A DNA stretch of 56,624 nt, filler included, from Sphacelaria rigidula (taxonomy: Eukaryota): assembly GCA_964200075.2 (NCBI GenBank). It is 5 parts of 5 records of this genome, joined end to end, with 100 filler letters (N's around TTAATTAATTAA, not from the genome) between each part and the next. Parts side by side here need not be neighbours in the genome. Positions count along the whole stretch, not along the records: positions 1 to 11,246 come from CAXNAA020005175.1; 4 more parts are not named here. One strand, written 5' to 3'. Below are positions 1-11,346 of this stretch, piece by piece (within the stretch, counting starts at the first letter, position 1; every line of letters begins with the position of its first letter). The notes below the pieces were generated by a model. The model saw only the letters and a list, made by a program, of their open reading frames with translations. It was not told where the DNA came from and did no database searches. The position numbers and the translations under genes are program-made.

Positions 1-520
1 AGATAGCGTCAATACCTTGCCAATACTAGAATCTCTACGATACTCCCGATCGATGCATTAAGCGGATGGCGACGAATTTTGGTGTGGAGAACCGCAAAAG
101 AGTGCCGAATAAATAAAATAAATGGGCCTTCATTTTTTTTTTCTAGTAGAGGTTAGGGCGCTTTCGTGAAAAAATGGTCTTCACAATAGTAGAACGCCCT
201 AAACCAGTGAAAAAATTGAAAAAGATCAACCTGACCCGTTCTTTTTTGTTAAATATGCCTTAGAGAGCGCCCATATCAAATTCTAATACACGAAAACCAA
301 ACGTGGGCCAGTGAGTGGCCTGCGAAATACTGTTCCGAATTTCTACCGACCCGATTTTTGATAGGCCCAGGCCCATGCTCTTTTATGCATTTAGTGTTGG
401 ACCCTGAAATTTGGTATGGACAGTGCATAGGGCACAAAGAAAATCCACCTCTAGGCTCGCCCAGCTCGTAAAATTATGTCGATTCACAAAAATAAAAATC
501 GTCAATGGGTTCCAAAAGGG
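1..520. mobile_element. Right end of a piggyBac-like non-autonomous element (left end outside window)
   Basis: Ends in GGGTTCCAAAAGGG followed directly by TTAA (521-524). The terminus resembles the TIR of the element at 35427-36442, and it truncates a MITE family A copy. Confidence 0.5.
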
Positions 521-771
521 TTAAGAGTAGAGCGCGGATTGAGAGTGGCTTTGGTCAGTCGCTTGAACTTAGCCAATTTGCCATTCCGTGTGTGCTTACA
601 GCTAAACGTCGATATCTAATCAGGGATATCAAGGGTCTCAGTGGCAACCTACTACAGAAAGAATATCGGTATTTGCCTCATGGAGGGGCATCACGGAACT
701 GAAGCGATTCATTCACTAATTGACCGTTTTTCACTCTCAATCGTATCATTTACTCTCTCAAGAAAACACTG
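521..771 (+). mobile_element. MITE family A copy (5'-truncated)
   Basis: Shares GAGTAGAGCG..ATTGAGAGTGG, GTCGATATC...CAGGGATATCAAGGG, CGGAACTGAA and CACTCTCAATCGTATC with the copies at 4385, 7485 (reverse) and 23766. Ends in TCAAGAAAACACTG. Confidence 0.7.
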
Positions 772-780
772 TTGTATGCG

Positions 781-950
781 TCGATTTTATTTTGATTGAT
801 TGTCGTACTTTAATTGACCCCCCAGGGATCCAACCATGGTCACATGATGGACGTATCCGAGACAAACCAAAACTTCACCACTCGCTCAAGGACAAAGAAG
901 AAAACAGAAAGGGTACAACAGAGTATGTTGATAGGATGGACAGTTGAGTC
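781..950 (+). repeat. Dispersed repeat family B (GATTGTCGTAC..TGACCCCCAGGGATCC..)
   Basis: Homologous by eye to ~16900-17100 (+), and to ~4850-5060 and ~48960-49145 (both reverse complement). Confidence 0.6.
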
Positions 951-3900
951 ATGTGCGTTGTCAGTATCTGTATGCACTCACTGGTGAGTAACGGTATGTA
1001 TAGTTTAGTATATACGTTCCCTCCCCCCATATGTACACAGCTGAAAGCAGAAATAAACCCACACGCTACCGTCAACATCTCACATGCCCCATCCTGCCCC
1101 GCCGGTATTCAGACACCTGTACATCATAAACATCTCTCGAAGCTGACAGCGTGGGAGAAGTTCCCCCTCCGACTTATAATCTTACCAAATGCCTCTGCTC
1201 CATCTAGATAATGATTCCCACAACAAATCCGCGCCATGAACTCTCAGCAAGCGAATACCAAAGGATGGGATACCCCACGACCACATTCCAACACACGGCA
1301 TACGGCTCGTGCGTAAAAACTCTCATTTCTCACATCAAGAGATCAAGTTAGGGGTCACATCCGGCCGTAAGATAATTCCGGTCAACCCGAGAGGAGACTT
1401 CCTTTTAGTGCTCGTTATCGCAAGGTGGAGGAACTCGCGGCCATAAACGGACCTCCTCGTGGGATATGGAAGCGGTTCGCAATTGTAACACCAAACGAAA
1501 CAACGGCTTACACCTTCCGTACTTTCGGTCGGTCGTCATACACCAACGCAGCACCAGTTCGGCCACGCACACCAGAAGGCCACCACAAATCTCATCACAC
1601 GAGAACATCGATCTCCGGCACGTATGTACGCCAAACACAATCTCTGTGGAAACCAAAACACATGCAAACCCCACGAAACAGAAACGCTCTGAGGGGACTC
1701 GTGAAAGTGTACATCATGCAATATTTGGTCGCTCCTTCCCTCCATCACCACCACTGCCAAGGCCGCGGCCAAGTCTCCTTGGGGTGCGTTAGTTTATCTA
1801 AAAACACCTACCACATTCGCTTTTGGACATCACCCCCCCCGCCCCCCCGACCTCCCCTTCCTGAGCGTGCGCTCTGTCAAGAATGTCCAACACCTCGGAC
1901 GTTGGTTGATTTTCGCTCAGTAACATTAACATCAACACTCAGATTAACTGATGCGCTACGAATCCAACCGCGGTCGCGAGGTAAGACGCATCAAGGAAAC
2001 TGAACGGAACACTCGCTCAAGAAACTCGAGGACGGGGAAGGACGGGGAAGGACGGGTAAAATATGAAAAGGAAAGGAGATAATGAAAATACAACAAGGTG
2101 AAAACGAGGGGGGCTGGTTTGTTAAGCCGTCCTCGCACTTAAACCTCATCCTGTAAAAAGGGAAAACGGCAGGCCATCGCCGAATGGCTTCCAGGCGTGT
2201 GCAAGACATCATCACCCTTCCCGTCTGCGACCCATCCCCACCCGTCCAACCTACATCTCATTTTCCCTTAGATGATGAAGGCTAGTCACGAGAGCAGCGC
2301 AGAGATGAAACGTCGAAATCGTCGCTTAGTGTAGAAGGCCTTAAGAGAATCACAGCAGCATCGTGCGTGAGATAACTCTACCGACTTTTTTCTCACTCCC
2401 GACCAACGTTCTCCTATAATCAAAGCAAAGTCTTACAGGTCTCATGGGGACTAGGTGCGGTCGAATATCAGTTACCTCCTCCCCTCCGTCACACTCCCCG
2501 CTGAACCTTCACGGTTGATTGAACTCGTGATTATCAGAGTAACCGGCCAGCTCCTCATCAGATGGCCGGCGGTCAAGAGCATCGGAGGCTTCTTGCTGCA
2601 GTTGGCTCTCTGTTGGCGGCTCGTCAGGGTACAGCAGTCGGGACTTCGTCGGACCCCACGCGTCGGTGGAGCATCCACCTTTGTATGCGATTTCCTGTGG
2701 GCGACGTGACAAGAGTGGGGGCGTCGGTGGGGAGAACAGGGCAAAGGGAAGAGGGAGAAGGGCAAGCACGAAAAAAAGCACGCGAGTCAAAAATTGAGGA
2801 CATGGAGATGATCGAGGGAGGAAGACGCACATGGTCCTCTCTGAAATGGGCAAAGAACCAACAACTCGTTCTGTTCACGTGCACGAGCTGCGAGTACACA
2901 CCATGATAGCACTCATCACCTGCAGTGTTTGGCAGCTAAAAAATATGGAACACTGAAAAATATTCATCCTGGCGCCGCTTGTTACGGAGGACGGGAATTT
3001 TACAAACACGCGGTATTTTTTTCGGTTGTTCCAACCGCCACACCGTACATGTTTAGTGTGCTATTATACCGTTGTGCTATCATCCTGGTTCTCACCACCC
3101 AGAAATCACCGAACACTCAAAGTCTAGCCAGCTCTCTCGTATGTAGTCAAGACAGTCACTGGAGCTATGCACCAAGTCTGAGGGCGTCATGGCGTGGATC
3201 GCGGCCGTCGAGCTGCTCCTCGCAGTAACGGAACATCAGGTGCTCACATCGTTCTTGCCGCAGGTGAATACTCCCGGAATTCGAAATTTGTGGGTAGCAA
3301 GGGTGTGGACTTTTGACAAGGTAGCGATAAAAGAAACTCGAAAAGCGGCGGGTGATCAATGGAAAACAAAAAAACCGAAAGGATCGAAAGTCTCGAAACA
3401 ATTTGTCTGGCAAGCAAAACGATTACATGTCCACGCGTTTTTAGGCCGTTGTACCGAACTGTACCATACCGTGCCGCCTTTCAACGGTTGTTGAACATGA
3501 GGCAGATGACACGCTTTTTTCCCTCCTACACCACGTGCACGCTAATGTTCCTCCGTGTGATGAACATAGCCATCGCATAAGGCCTTTAGATCGCGAGAGA
3601 CAGTCCATCTGTATCATGTATATTTGTTTTTAGTGAAATCGACACCGATTCAACGGATTACCTACTCTCCTCGCCGTCTTGGGGTTAACGAGACAAGGAA
3701 CGTGAGAACGCGTCATTAGAGTGACAGTGATTCTGGCGGTTTTGGTGATGATGTTTTTTCGTCGCTGTCCTCCGGTTGGTTGAGAGCTGATGTACAACCA
3801 AATGGAAGGACAGAATGAAAGACAACGAAAAACGGCAGAATCATTCACGAATCTCAAGGCGCATTCTCACTTTTTTTGTTCGGTTAAAACAGGCCCTAGC

Positions 3901-4384
3901 AAGCAGATGAGTCTTGAGGAAAAAACAGAGTCGAATAAATATACCGAAAGGAAAAAAAAGGAAATAAATAACCTACGCGACCGTAAGATCCACCGTTAGT
4001 TCACACGTGCCATGACAGGTACGAAGTATACTGTATAATAGTACCTTTTAAAACAAAACTATCACCAGCAAAGCCAAGCTTTGGTAACTAACCGTCGGAG
4101 GTTGATGAAAAATCGCAAGCCGTGATGATAAAAAAATAAATATTTTACCGTGTATAGTACCAGTACACAACAGCTGAACTGTAGCGCGCTTACCGTGATC
4201 CACTGTGGGGGCATGAAGTATCTCAGCATCGGCAACGTTCGCCAGACCCCCGTCGGCTCCGCAGCTCGCCACACGACGCCGCACCCCAATTCCAAGAGCC
4301 ACTTGGCCAGCACTTCTTCGGGCGTCACCTGAGCGACACCGAGTAACCCCCCGATCGCAGCAGCAGCAGTAGCGAGGCAGTACA

Positions 4385-4684
4385 CAATGATTTCGTGAGA
4401 TTGAGAGTAGAGCGTTGATTGAGAGTGGGTTCCATCATTCGCTTTAACTTGATCATTTTTTTACTCTCCATGTGCTTTTCTTCGCCTGTAACACCGATGT
4501 GTGCTTCCAGCTGAAAGTCGATATCCTACTCAGGGATTATCAAGGGCTTCAATGGCAAGCTACTACGGAAAGCGTCGTGTCGGGCCTCGTGGAAGGGCAC
4601 TTCGGAACTGAAATTCTTCATTCATTAGTCGACCGCTTCTCACTCTCAATCGTATCCTCTACCGCCAAACTCACGAAAACATGA
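4385..4684 (+). mobile_element. MITE family A copy (~300 bp)
   Basis: Imperfect TIRs CAATGATTTCGTGAGATTGAGAGTAGAG ... CTCTACCGCCAAACTCACGAAAACATG. Four copies in this window. Confidence 0.75.
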
Positions 4685-4849
4685 GTAGCAGTAAATTGCA
4701 AGCACGGCAGTCAGCATGGAGCAACATGTACAACAAACACACGGGTGCAAACGATTCAAGCAAACGAAAAACTCATATTTATCTGCAAGACCGTACTGTG
4801 AAAATATGGAATACAGTACTGTACTGTATTTGGTCACCCGTTTTTTTTT

Positions 4850-5060
4850 TTTTCTCGGTCTGCTCTGTCTGTTCTGCCTTTTTCTGTTATTTTCAGTTTT
4901 CTTTAGCGAGTGTTTCTACTTCGTGTTTAACACGGGTACGCCTGTCATGTGTCCATAGCTGGATCCCTGGGGGGAGGGGGGGGTGTACTCATGATCATGC
5001 ATGCCATGGAAGGCATGCACGGGAGCGGGGGGGGGGGCAGTCAGAGTGCGACAATCAACA
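4850..5060 (-). repeat. Repeat family B copy interrupted by a family C fragment
   Basis: The reverse complement matches 781-950. A GGGGGTGTACTCATGATCATGCATGCC (family C) fragment sits inside the G-run. Confidence 0.55.
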
Positions 5061-5248
5061 GCTCGTCGCGAATCACGAATAAACTTGGAGCAACGACAAC
5101 ACACAAAATACAATAAACGCACGCGGCTCACACGTGCACCAGAACACAGGTAGAATATGTCTGCTCCTACGCGTGGACGTTCCGTGTGGTTCAACACACA
5201 ACAGCGTTCGCACGAAGTTCACATTGCATCTTGTTCACAACAGTACGA

Positions 5249-5320
5249 TAGCAACAGCAACAACGACGACGACAACGACGACGACAACGACGACGACGAC
5301 ACCAGCAACAACAACAACAA
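5249..5320. repeat. (CAA/CGA)n microsatellite
   Basis: Read directly from the sequence. Confidence 0.9.
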
Positions 5321-5844
5321 GCACCTTACATGCAACTGTGACACTTTGCATACAGGAGTCTTTCTACGAAAGCCCTCCCCCCCCCCCACAAAAAAAAAAA
5401 AAAAAGTGGCTAGTTTGGGTAGCCAAACATACACGTGAGTCGAAATGAAAAAGGCCGAGCACAATGAGCAGCTGGGAATCCCCACGCTTGGGTCCTTTTT
5501 CGACAATATCGCCAATATGAGGCGCTTCATGTAGCCTGAAACCAAGCATCACGCGCTACATGACCATTCTCTTCGTGACAGCTTTGGGCTCGTTTTGGGG
5601 GGCACTATCGTAGAAAGACTCACAGATAGTACGAAGTACGCAACAACCTCTCCCCCCTCCCCCGAAGATGGCATCCGCGATTCCACCTCCATTTTCTTAA
5701 ACAACGCGTGCGCCATGCTTCCGAAAGTTACGTGTCGCTGGAGAGATGTCGCCAAGAAAAGAAATTCCGCCGAGATTCTTCGAGGGCAGTCACGTTTCTC
5801 CACAAAATCGTCGTTGAAAAACGAATCACCTGGCGTGTTGTATA

Positions 5845-6198
5845 TACATGACCCTGTCACGTCACGTCCGGTAACTAGGTACCCTGCCGCATGTTGTGTC
5901 CCTACGTTGCAAAGTCTGCACCAGCACGTACCCTGCTGTACCCCTACTGGTGCTTGGTTGGTGGGGGGTAAGGCGTGCGTGAGTGTGTCCGGAACCGGCA
6001 CTGTTGAGGGTACAAAACCGTTCAAACCGGCACTACTGAGAGTCATCTGTCAGTAGTACCGGGCGGCACTACTGCGAGCTCTAGCTATGCCCCGAGATTT
6101 TACCGGCATTATATAGGTCGCTGGCACTATTCAACCGGCACTTCTGAGAGCCCCCCACTGTACATAACCCTGTCACGTCACGCCCGGTAACTAGGTAC
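5845..6198. repeat. 38-bp direct repeat flanking a 278-bp insert with internal CCGGCACT motifs
   Basis: TACAT(G/A)ACCCTGTCACGTCACG(T/C)CCGGTAACTAGGTAC occurs at 5845-5882 and 6161-6198 (36/38 identical). Confidence 0.85.
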
Positions 6199-7484
6199 GC
6201 CAACATACTCACATCTTCAAACTCGTAGTTCGCCGCTCCCTCCGCTCGCTTCAAAACAACGTCCCCGCAGTCCCCCCCGTCGTGTTGCAAGGAGAACGCC
6301 TGGACGCCTTTCTCGCGGCAAAGTTCTATGATCCGCGCGGTGACCTCCGCGTCACCTGCCCGCAAGTCTCCCCAAAACACTGAGGGTACGGAATCCGGAA
6401 CGTCTCCCACACCGGTTCCTGCGACACCTCCCGGAACAGACCCTGGATCGGTTCTCGGAACATCACGATCGCTTTGACCCGCTGTGTTTTCGCCATTCTC
6501 CAGCAACAGAGCCAAGCGCTCGTGTACACCAGGACCGTGGCCCCCTATTCCCAGATTCCGCACAAGGGGTCTACGGCTAGAAGGAAGACGTGCTGCCGGG
6601 TTGTGTTTGACGGGCGTTGGGATATTTGTTGGTGGTGGGTATTGCTGTTGGAGTTGTTCATCCCATGCTGGGGCTGGAGAAGCAGCGGCCTCTCGGGCGT
6701 CTTTCCAAAGTACGGAAAAATCATCGTTGTCGTCGAACAATCTTCTCCGAGCGACGGCAGAATTGATTCCGAAAAAATGTTAACGTAACGAGGGGGGAGA
6801 GCAATCAATGAAAGAGAGGGTACAGTAGTGCAGTGCTTTTCGTGACGGGAAGGGGTGGACGTACGCAGTTGTTATCCTGCAAAACAAAACAAAACAAAAC
6901 AAAACAAAAACAAGTCACTGAAACACGATCAAACGGGTGTTTCGAGGTTCGAATTCACGGCGTTGTATCTACATCGTTCGAACCTCTGAACGCGGAGATA
7001 CGAAGACGACATGCACAGGCCGGGGCTGGAGCTGGGCGTCGGGAAAAGTTCGGCGATTGGCCTCGACTATTGTGGATATATTCTGCGGACATGCATAGTG
7101 GTTTCCAACTGGACTCCAACCATCGAAGCGGAATCGTCGGGTGAGGACATGGCCATACATACACAGGAGCAAGCCTCCGGATCGAGCGTGGGGCCGGAGT
7201 ATGACACAAAGGTGTGAGACTCCATGAACAAGATATCTTTATGAATAAAGACAATACTCCTCATACGGTAATCAAAGCGCAAGCGGGGCAGTTCGCAACA
7301 CAGTTATCAGTCCCAACAATTATCACCACTGCAATACACATCACGCAAATGCCACGCAAAAAAAGAACCGACCAATCGCGTGTCTGACTGACCAACATAT
7401 CACATTTGTTGATCTTCAGCACGTAAAGTGCGGCTGCGTCATAGACAACCCCGACCCTGATCAGCCTCGGATATCGGCAACCAA

Positions 7485-7774
7485 CAATGTTTTCGTGATA
7501 TTGAGAGTACAGGACACGATTGAGAGTGAAAAGCGCTCTTAATCGTTTCAGTTCCGTAATGCCCCTTCACGAGGCAAAAATACCGATATTATTCATGTAG
7601 ATTGCCACTGAGGCCCTTGATATCCCCGAGTAGGATATCGACGTGTAGTTGTAAGCACACGCCAGTGATGAAGGCCAAGAAAAGCACACACGGGATGAAA
7701 AATTGGCTGAGTTGAAGCGACTGATCCAAGCCACTCTCAATCAGCGCTCTACTCTCTATCTCAGGAAAACATTA
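7485..7774 (-). mobile_element. MITE family A copy, reverse orientation
   Basis: TIRs CAATGTTTTCGTGATATTGAGAGTA ... TACTCTCTATCTCAGGAAAACATTA. The interior is the reverse complement of 4385-4684. Confidence 0.75.
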
Positions 7775-8633
7775 TCAACCGCAAAATTCGCCACAAATCT
7801 CGTCCACTCACGCACTGAAGCAACGACACGACCAAAACCCACAGCAAAAATGGACAAACATCATCTTGCACATAATTTGCCCGTCAATGACTCCCCAACC
7901 CGCCCCCCTCACCTTCCGCTTTCTCGCATGAGAACCATCGCATCCACGTAGCTCAAGGACGAATCTCTACGGCTGCCGCCCGGTCCTTCAACGCCCACCC
8001 CGCCCGACGCTAACGTTCTCCGCACCACACCGGTCAACCCCTCTGCGCCATCAGTGCGAGGAAGGTCCTCGCCCACAAGCAGAGTCAAAAACAGGTCATT
8101 CCTCTTGACCTTGTATCCCCAACACGGCGTGGAGGGCGGGGCGGGCGGGGCAAGGGTGGGGGGGGGGGCGAGGGGATAGTTGCCTCTGCACAGATACAGA
8201 TTACAATATGCCTGAATACCCGATGAACCTGGTGAAAATCGAACAACGTTTTCCTCGCGCTCTCTTGAGCGAGAGTTCTTGCCGCAGACTGTTTGTTCCG
8301 GGTGATCCTCTGGGCAGTTCACGGTTCGCACCAAACTTAAGACACGGAAGAACAGGCGGGGGGGAGGGGAATCAGTGCAAACTCTATTTACAACCCGCGG
8401 GATACGCGTCCTTACCCATTGAACAGAGAGAGGAAAGTCGACAAATCATATAATTTGCGAAGAGTAAAAAGAGAAGAAGAGAAAAAGAAACGAAATATCA
8501 GGTTCCTTCGAAGGGGGTTCTCGACGGCAACAAGCAAATAATGCTTGTCCTTTTATGCACAATATATTGGGGAAGGTGTACCGTTAATAGTCAGACTACC
8601 GCTCAATTGTACACCAGCTGAACCCCCCCCCCC

Positions 8634-8665
<32 letters not shown>

Positions 8666-9155
8666 CTCCCCAACAGCACCACACAGCACGAAAGCCGACG
8701 GNNNNNNNCGTTAATAGTCAGACTACCGCTCAATTGTACCCCAGCTGAACCCCCCCCCCCCTCTCCTCCCCCCCCCCTCGTCGAGAAAAACGATACGTAA
8801 AACGATCATGAACGGACGCGCGTGAAGCTGCCGTAGGGCATCCACTCGAATTGTACACAATCTGGAAGATGCTCTGTGACAACAATACGGTACAACACAC
8901 CTTGGATAATAAATAGGTGGTGCAATGGTTGCTAATTGATTGCAATAGGGAAAATAATGTACTGCATAAAGCCTGGCTATATTCGCATATTCCTAATGAT
9001 ACGCTCGATACTTCACGCAGTACACTGTTTTTGCCATTGCAAATATTTTGCAGCGAATATACCCACCGATTGTCCAAGATGTACGGTATGTATAAAGAAA
9101 CTTTTTTTTGCTCCTTTCAAATGACACGAACGAACGATGCTTTGTTGAGCACGGT

Positions 9156-9325
9156 CAAGGGTGTGTGTTGGGTCGGGTATTTCCTACATTTGGGTACTTC
9201 GAAAAATCGTACTTTCAAGTACCCAAAACTTGGGTACCGTCAGTTGTATGAGATAATACTCAACAGTACCCGGATAAAAGGTAGAGTACCGAAATCTTAC
9301 CCAACTCTACCTAATGCTTCGGTAC
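9156..9325 (+). repeat. Dispersed repeat family D (MITE-like)
   Basis: CAAGGGTGTG..TTGGGTCGGGTA..GGTACTTCGAAAAATCGTACTTTCAA matches the reverse complement of ~44875-44949. Confidence 0.6.
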
Positions 9326-9372
9326 AGCTTGGACATGGAACCATCGCAACACATAGTTCGGGAGAGCAAAAA

Positions 9373-9396
9373 CCCTAACCCTAACCCTAACCCTAA
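9373..9396. repeat. Interstitial telomere-type repeat (CCCTAA)4
   Basis: Four perfect CCCTAA units. Confidence 0.85.
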
Positions 9397-10654
9397 CACA
9401 CCCTTATACGGGGTGCATATTCCTGTGCAGGTGGGTAGATCCCTTCTCTCACCATCCCAAGGGTCAGTGCCCCCTCCAAAGCCGCCACAGCCTCGCCTAT
9501 CCCATCCGAAGCAGCTTCTAGCACTACATGGCGCAATCCTGCCCCCGGTCGGAAACGCAGTACACGGGACAAAAAGCATACTTCAAACAGGGTAAAGCCG
9601 AAAAGCGTGGCAGAACCCGTTGCAACCAGAACGATTCCGATTTGCCAAGCGAAACTTTGTTTTGGAGGCTTTTTTTGTTTGGTTTGGTTTGTTTTCCCGC
9701 ATTCAAAAAGCGCGTGTGCATCTCTCATGACCATCATCTGCTTGCTCTCAGGGGACAAAACCCCTGTTTCACCGGGCAAACAATGTTTGTACAATGAAAT
9801 TATATTCAACACCGCGTAACTGAAGTAAAGGGCGGTACTCAGAATCAAAATCCCCGTCTTCAAATCCCGGCCTGTCAGCTCTTGCTATGTTTACCGTACG
9901 CTCAATAGCTGCTGCTTGCATGTCAGTCTCTCTGCTTTCAACTTTTATACGCGAAACATCCAAAAACTTGCGCGATTCGCACACGTGTGTCTCAACCGGC
10001 ACTCAAAAGAACCGGGTCCATCACTTACCCCCCTTCCTCTTTTCAAGCAGATTTTGCTTCCATTAGTCGCCCACAAATCATTTTCCATCACGCTCTCTAA
10101 AACGAATCCCGCTTTTCTCTACACTGATGCCTATCAACGAAGGGGCACTCCCAATTTGAAAATTCCTCGTCTACGAGGCAACCTCCACCCATGCCCCCTC
10201 CCCGCTGATTCCTCCCCTGGGATTCACCCGCACTTTCACAACGTCCATGAAACAGCAGGAGCAACAAGTCACATGGGAAAACCAGCAAAATATTCGAACT
10301 CGCCTATCTTAAGCCCCTCCAGCAAAATGTCGGCGGAAGGCGCTACTCCATCTTCTGTGCCACGTATCGCGATCATCGGGACCATCGCCCCTCCGAACAG
10401 CCTGTGGAGGAATTGGTGACCGTAGCACGAGGGAGTGCAGCAGGGAGGGTTGTCGACTCGGGTAGGGTGGCGTGTGGCGGGGTGACGCGCAGGAAATACG
10501 ACAAACACGAGCATTTTTAGGGTGCTCATTTTCAAGGAGGATTGTCATCTTGGATTGCTTACTAATACGTGTATTTCCAGCACGGTAACAACGATAGCAG
10601 CAGCGGCGGCGGCAGCAAAAGCAGAAGCAACTGTAGCAGCAACAACACCAAAAT

Positions 10655-10677
10655 CAACTACAACTACTACAACTACA

Positions 10678-10726
<49 letters not shown>

Positions 10727-10727
10727 T
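10655..10727. repeat. (CTA/CAA)n microsatellite
   Basis: Read directly from the sequence; lies in an intron. Confidence 0.9.
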
Positions 10728-11246
10728 AAACACGGATCATGAGAAACAAAAAGCACAACATACATGTACTGGTAAACAGAGAAACACGCTTACTGGGCAC
10801 TCAAACACGGTCTCCGGCTAGCCAAGAGTGGCGTAAAGCACTGCACCGTCGGCTCCACCGCTGCCCTAAAGTCAAAGATTCCATCCAAGAAGTCGTCGTA
10901 GTGGGTGTGGTAATGCTCCAGAAAGGCATCGGTTGACGCGTAGGTTTCGAGTATTTTTATCACATGGGGGTGGAGGGCCGAGTGAAACACCTGCAAATGT
11001 GCGCAAATATTCGTCATTATCGTCAGGGGGAAAGAGACACTACTATTAGTATATACAAATATTACTGACACTTGATCACGCACGGTACATGAGAACATAG
11101 TGCAAAAGGAGCATTACCCTCCAATGATGAGTTTTCCAGGCCCAAAACTAATCACCGGGGGGCGGGGATGTGCTCATGATTTTACATGTCATAGTCATAA
11201 GACCATTGACCTCGCATCCCTGCAATGCCGGGACGGAGCACGCCGG

Positions 11247-11346
11247 NNNNNNNNNNNNNNNNNNNNNNNNNNNNNNNNNNNNNNNNNNNNTTAATTAATT
11301 AANNNNNNNNNNNNNNNNNNNNNNNNNNNNNNNNNNNNNNNNNNNN
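11247..11346. other. Artificial contig-join spacer (N44-TTAATTAATTAA-N44)
   Basis: The identical 100-nt structure recurs at 22593, 33938 and 45282; it is a six-frame stop linker. Confidence 0.97.

Noticed and set aside
8581..8778. ~50-bp direct repeat CGTTAATAGTCAGACTACCGCTCAATTGTAC..GCTGAACCCC
   Set aside because: The copies straddle an N-run and poly-C tracts, so this is most likely an assembly overlap artefact.
11291..11302. Recurrent TTAATTAATTAA palindrome (also in the three other gaps)
   Set aside because: It is always centred in N-runs of identical length, so it is an artificial scaffolding linker.
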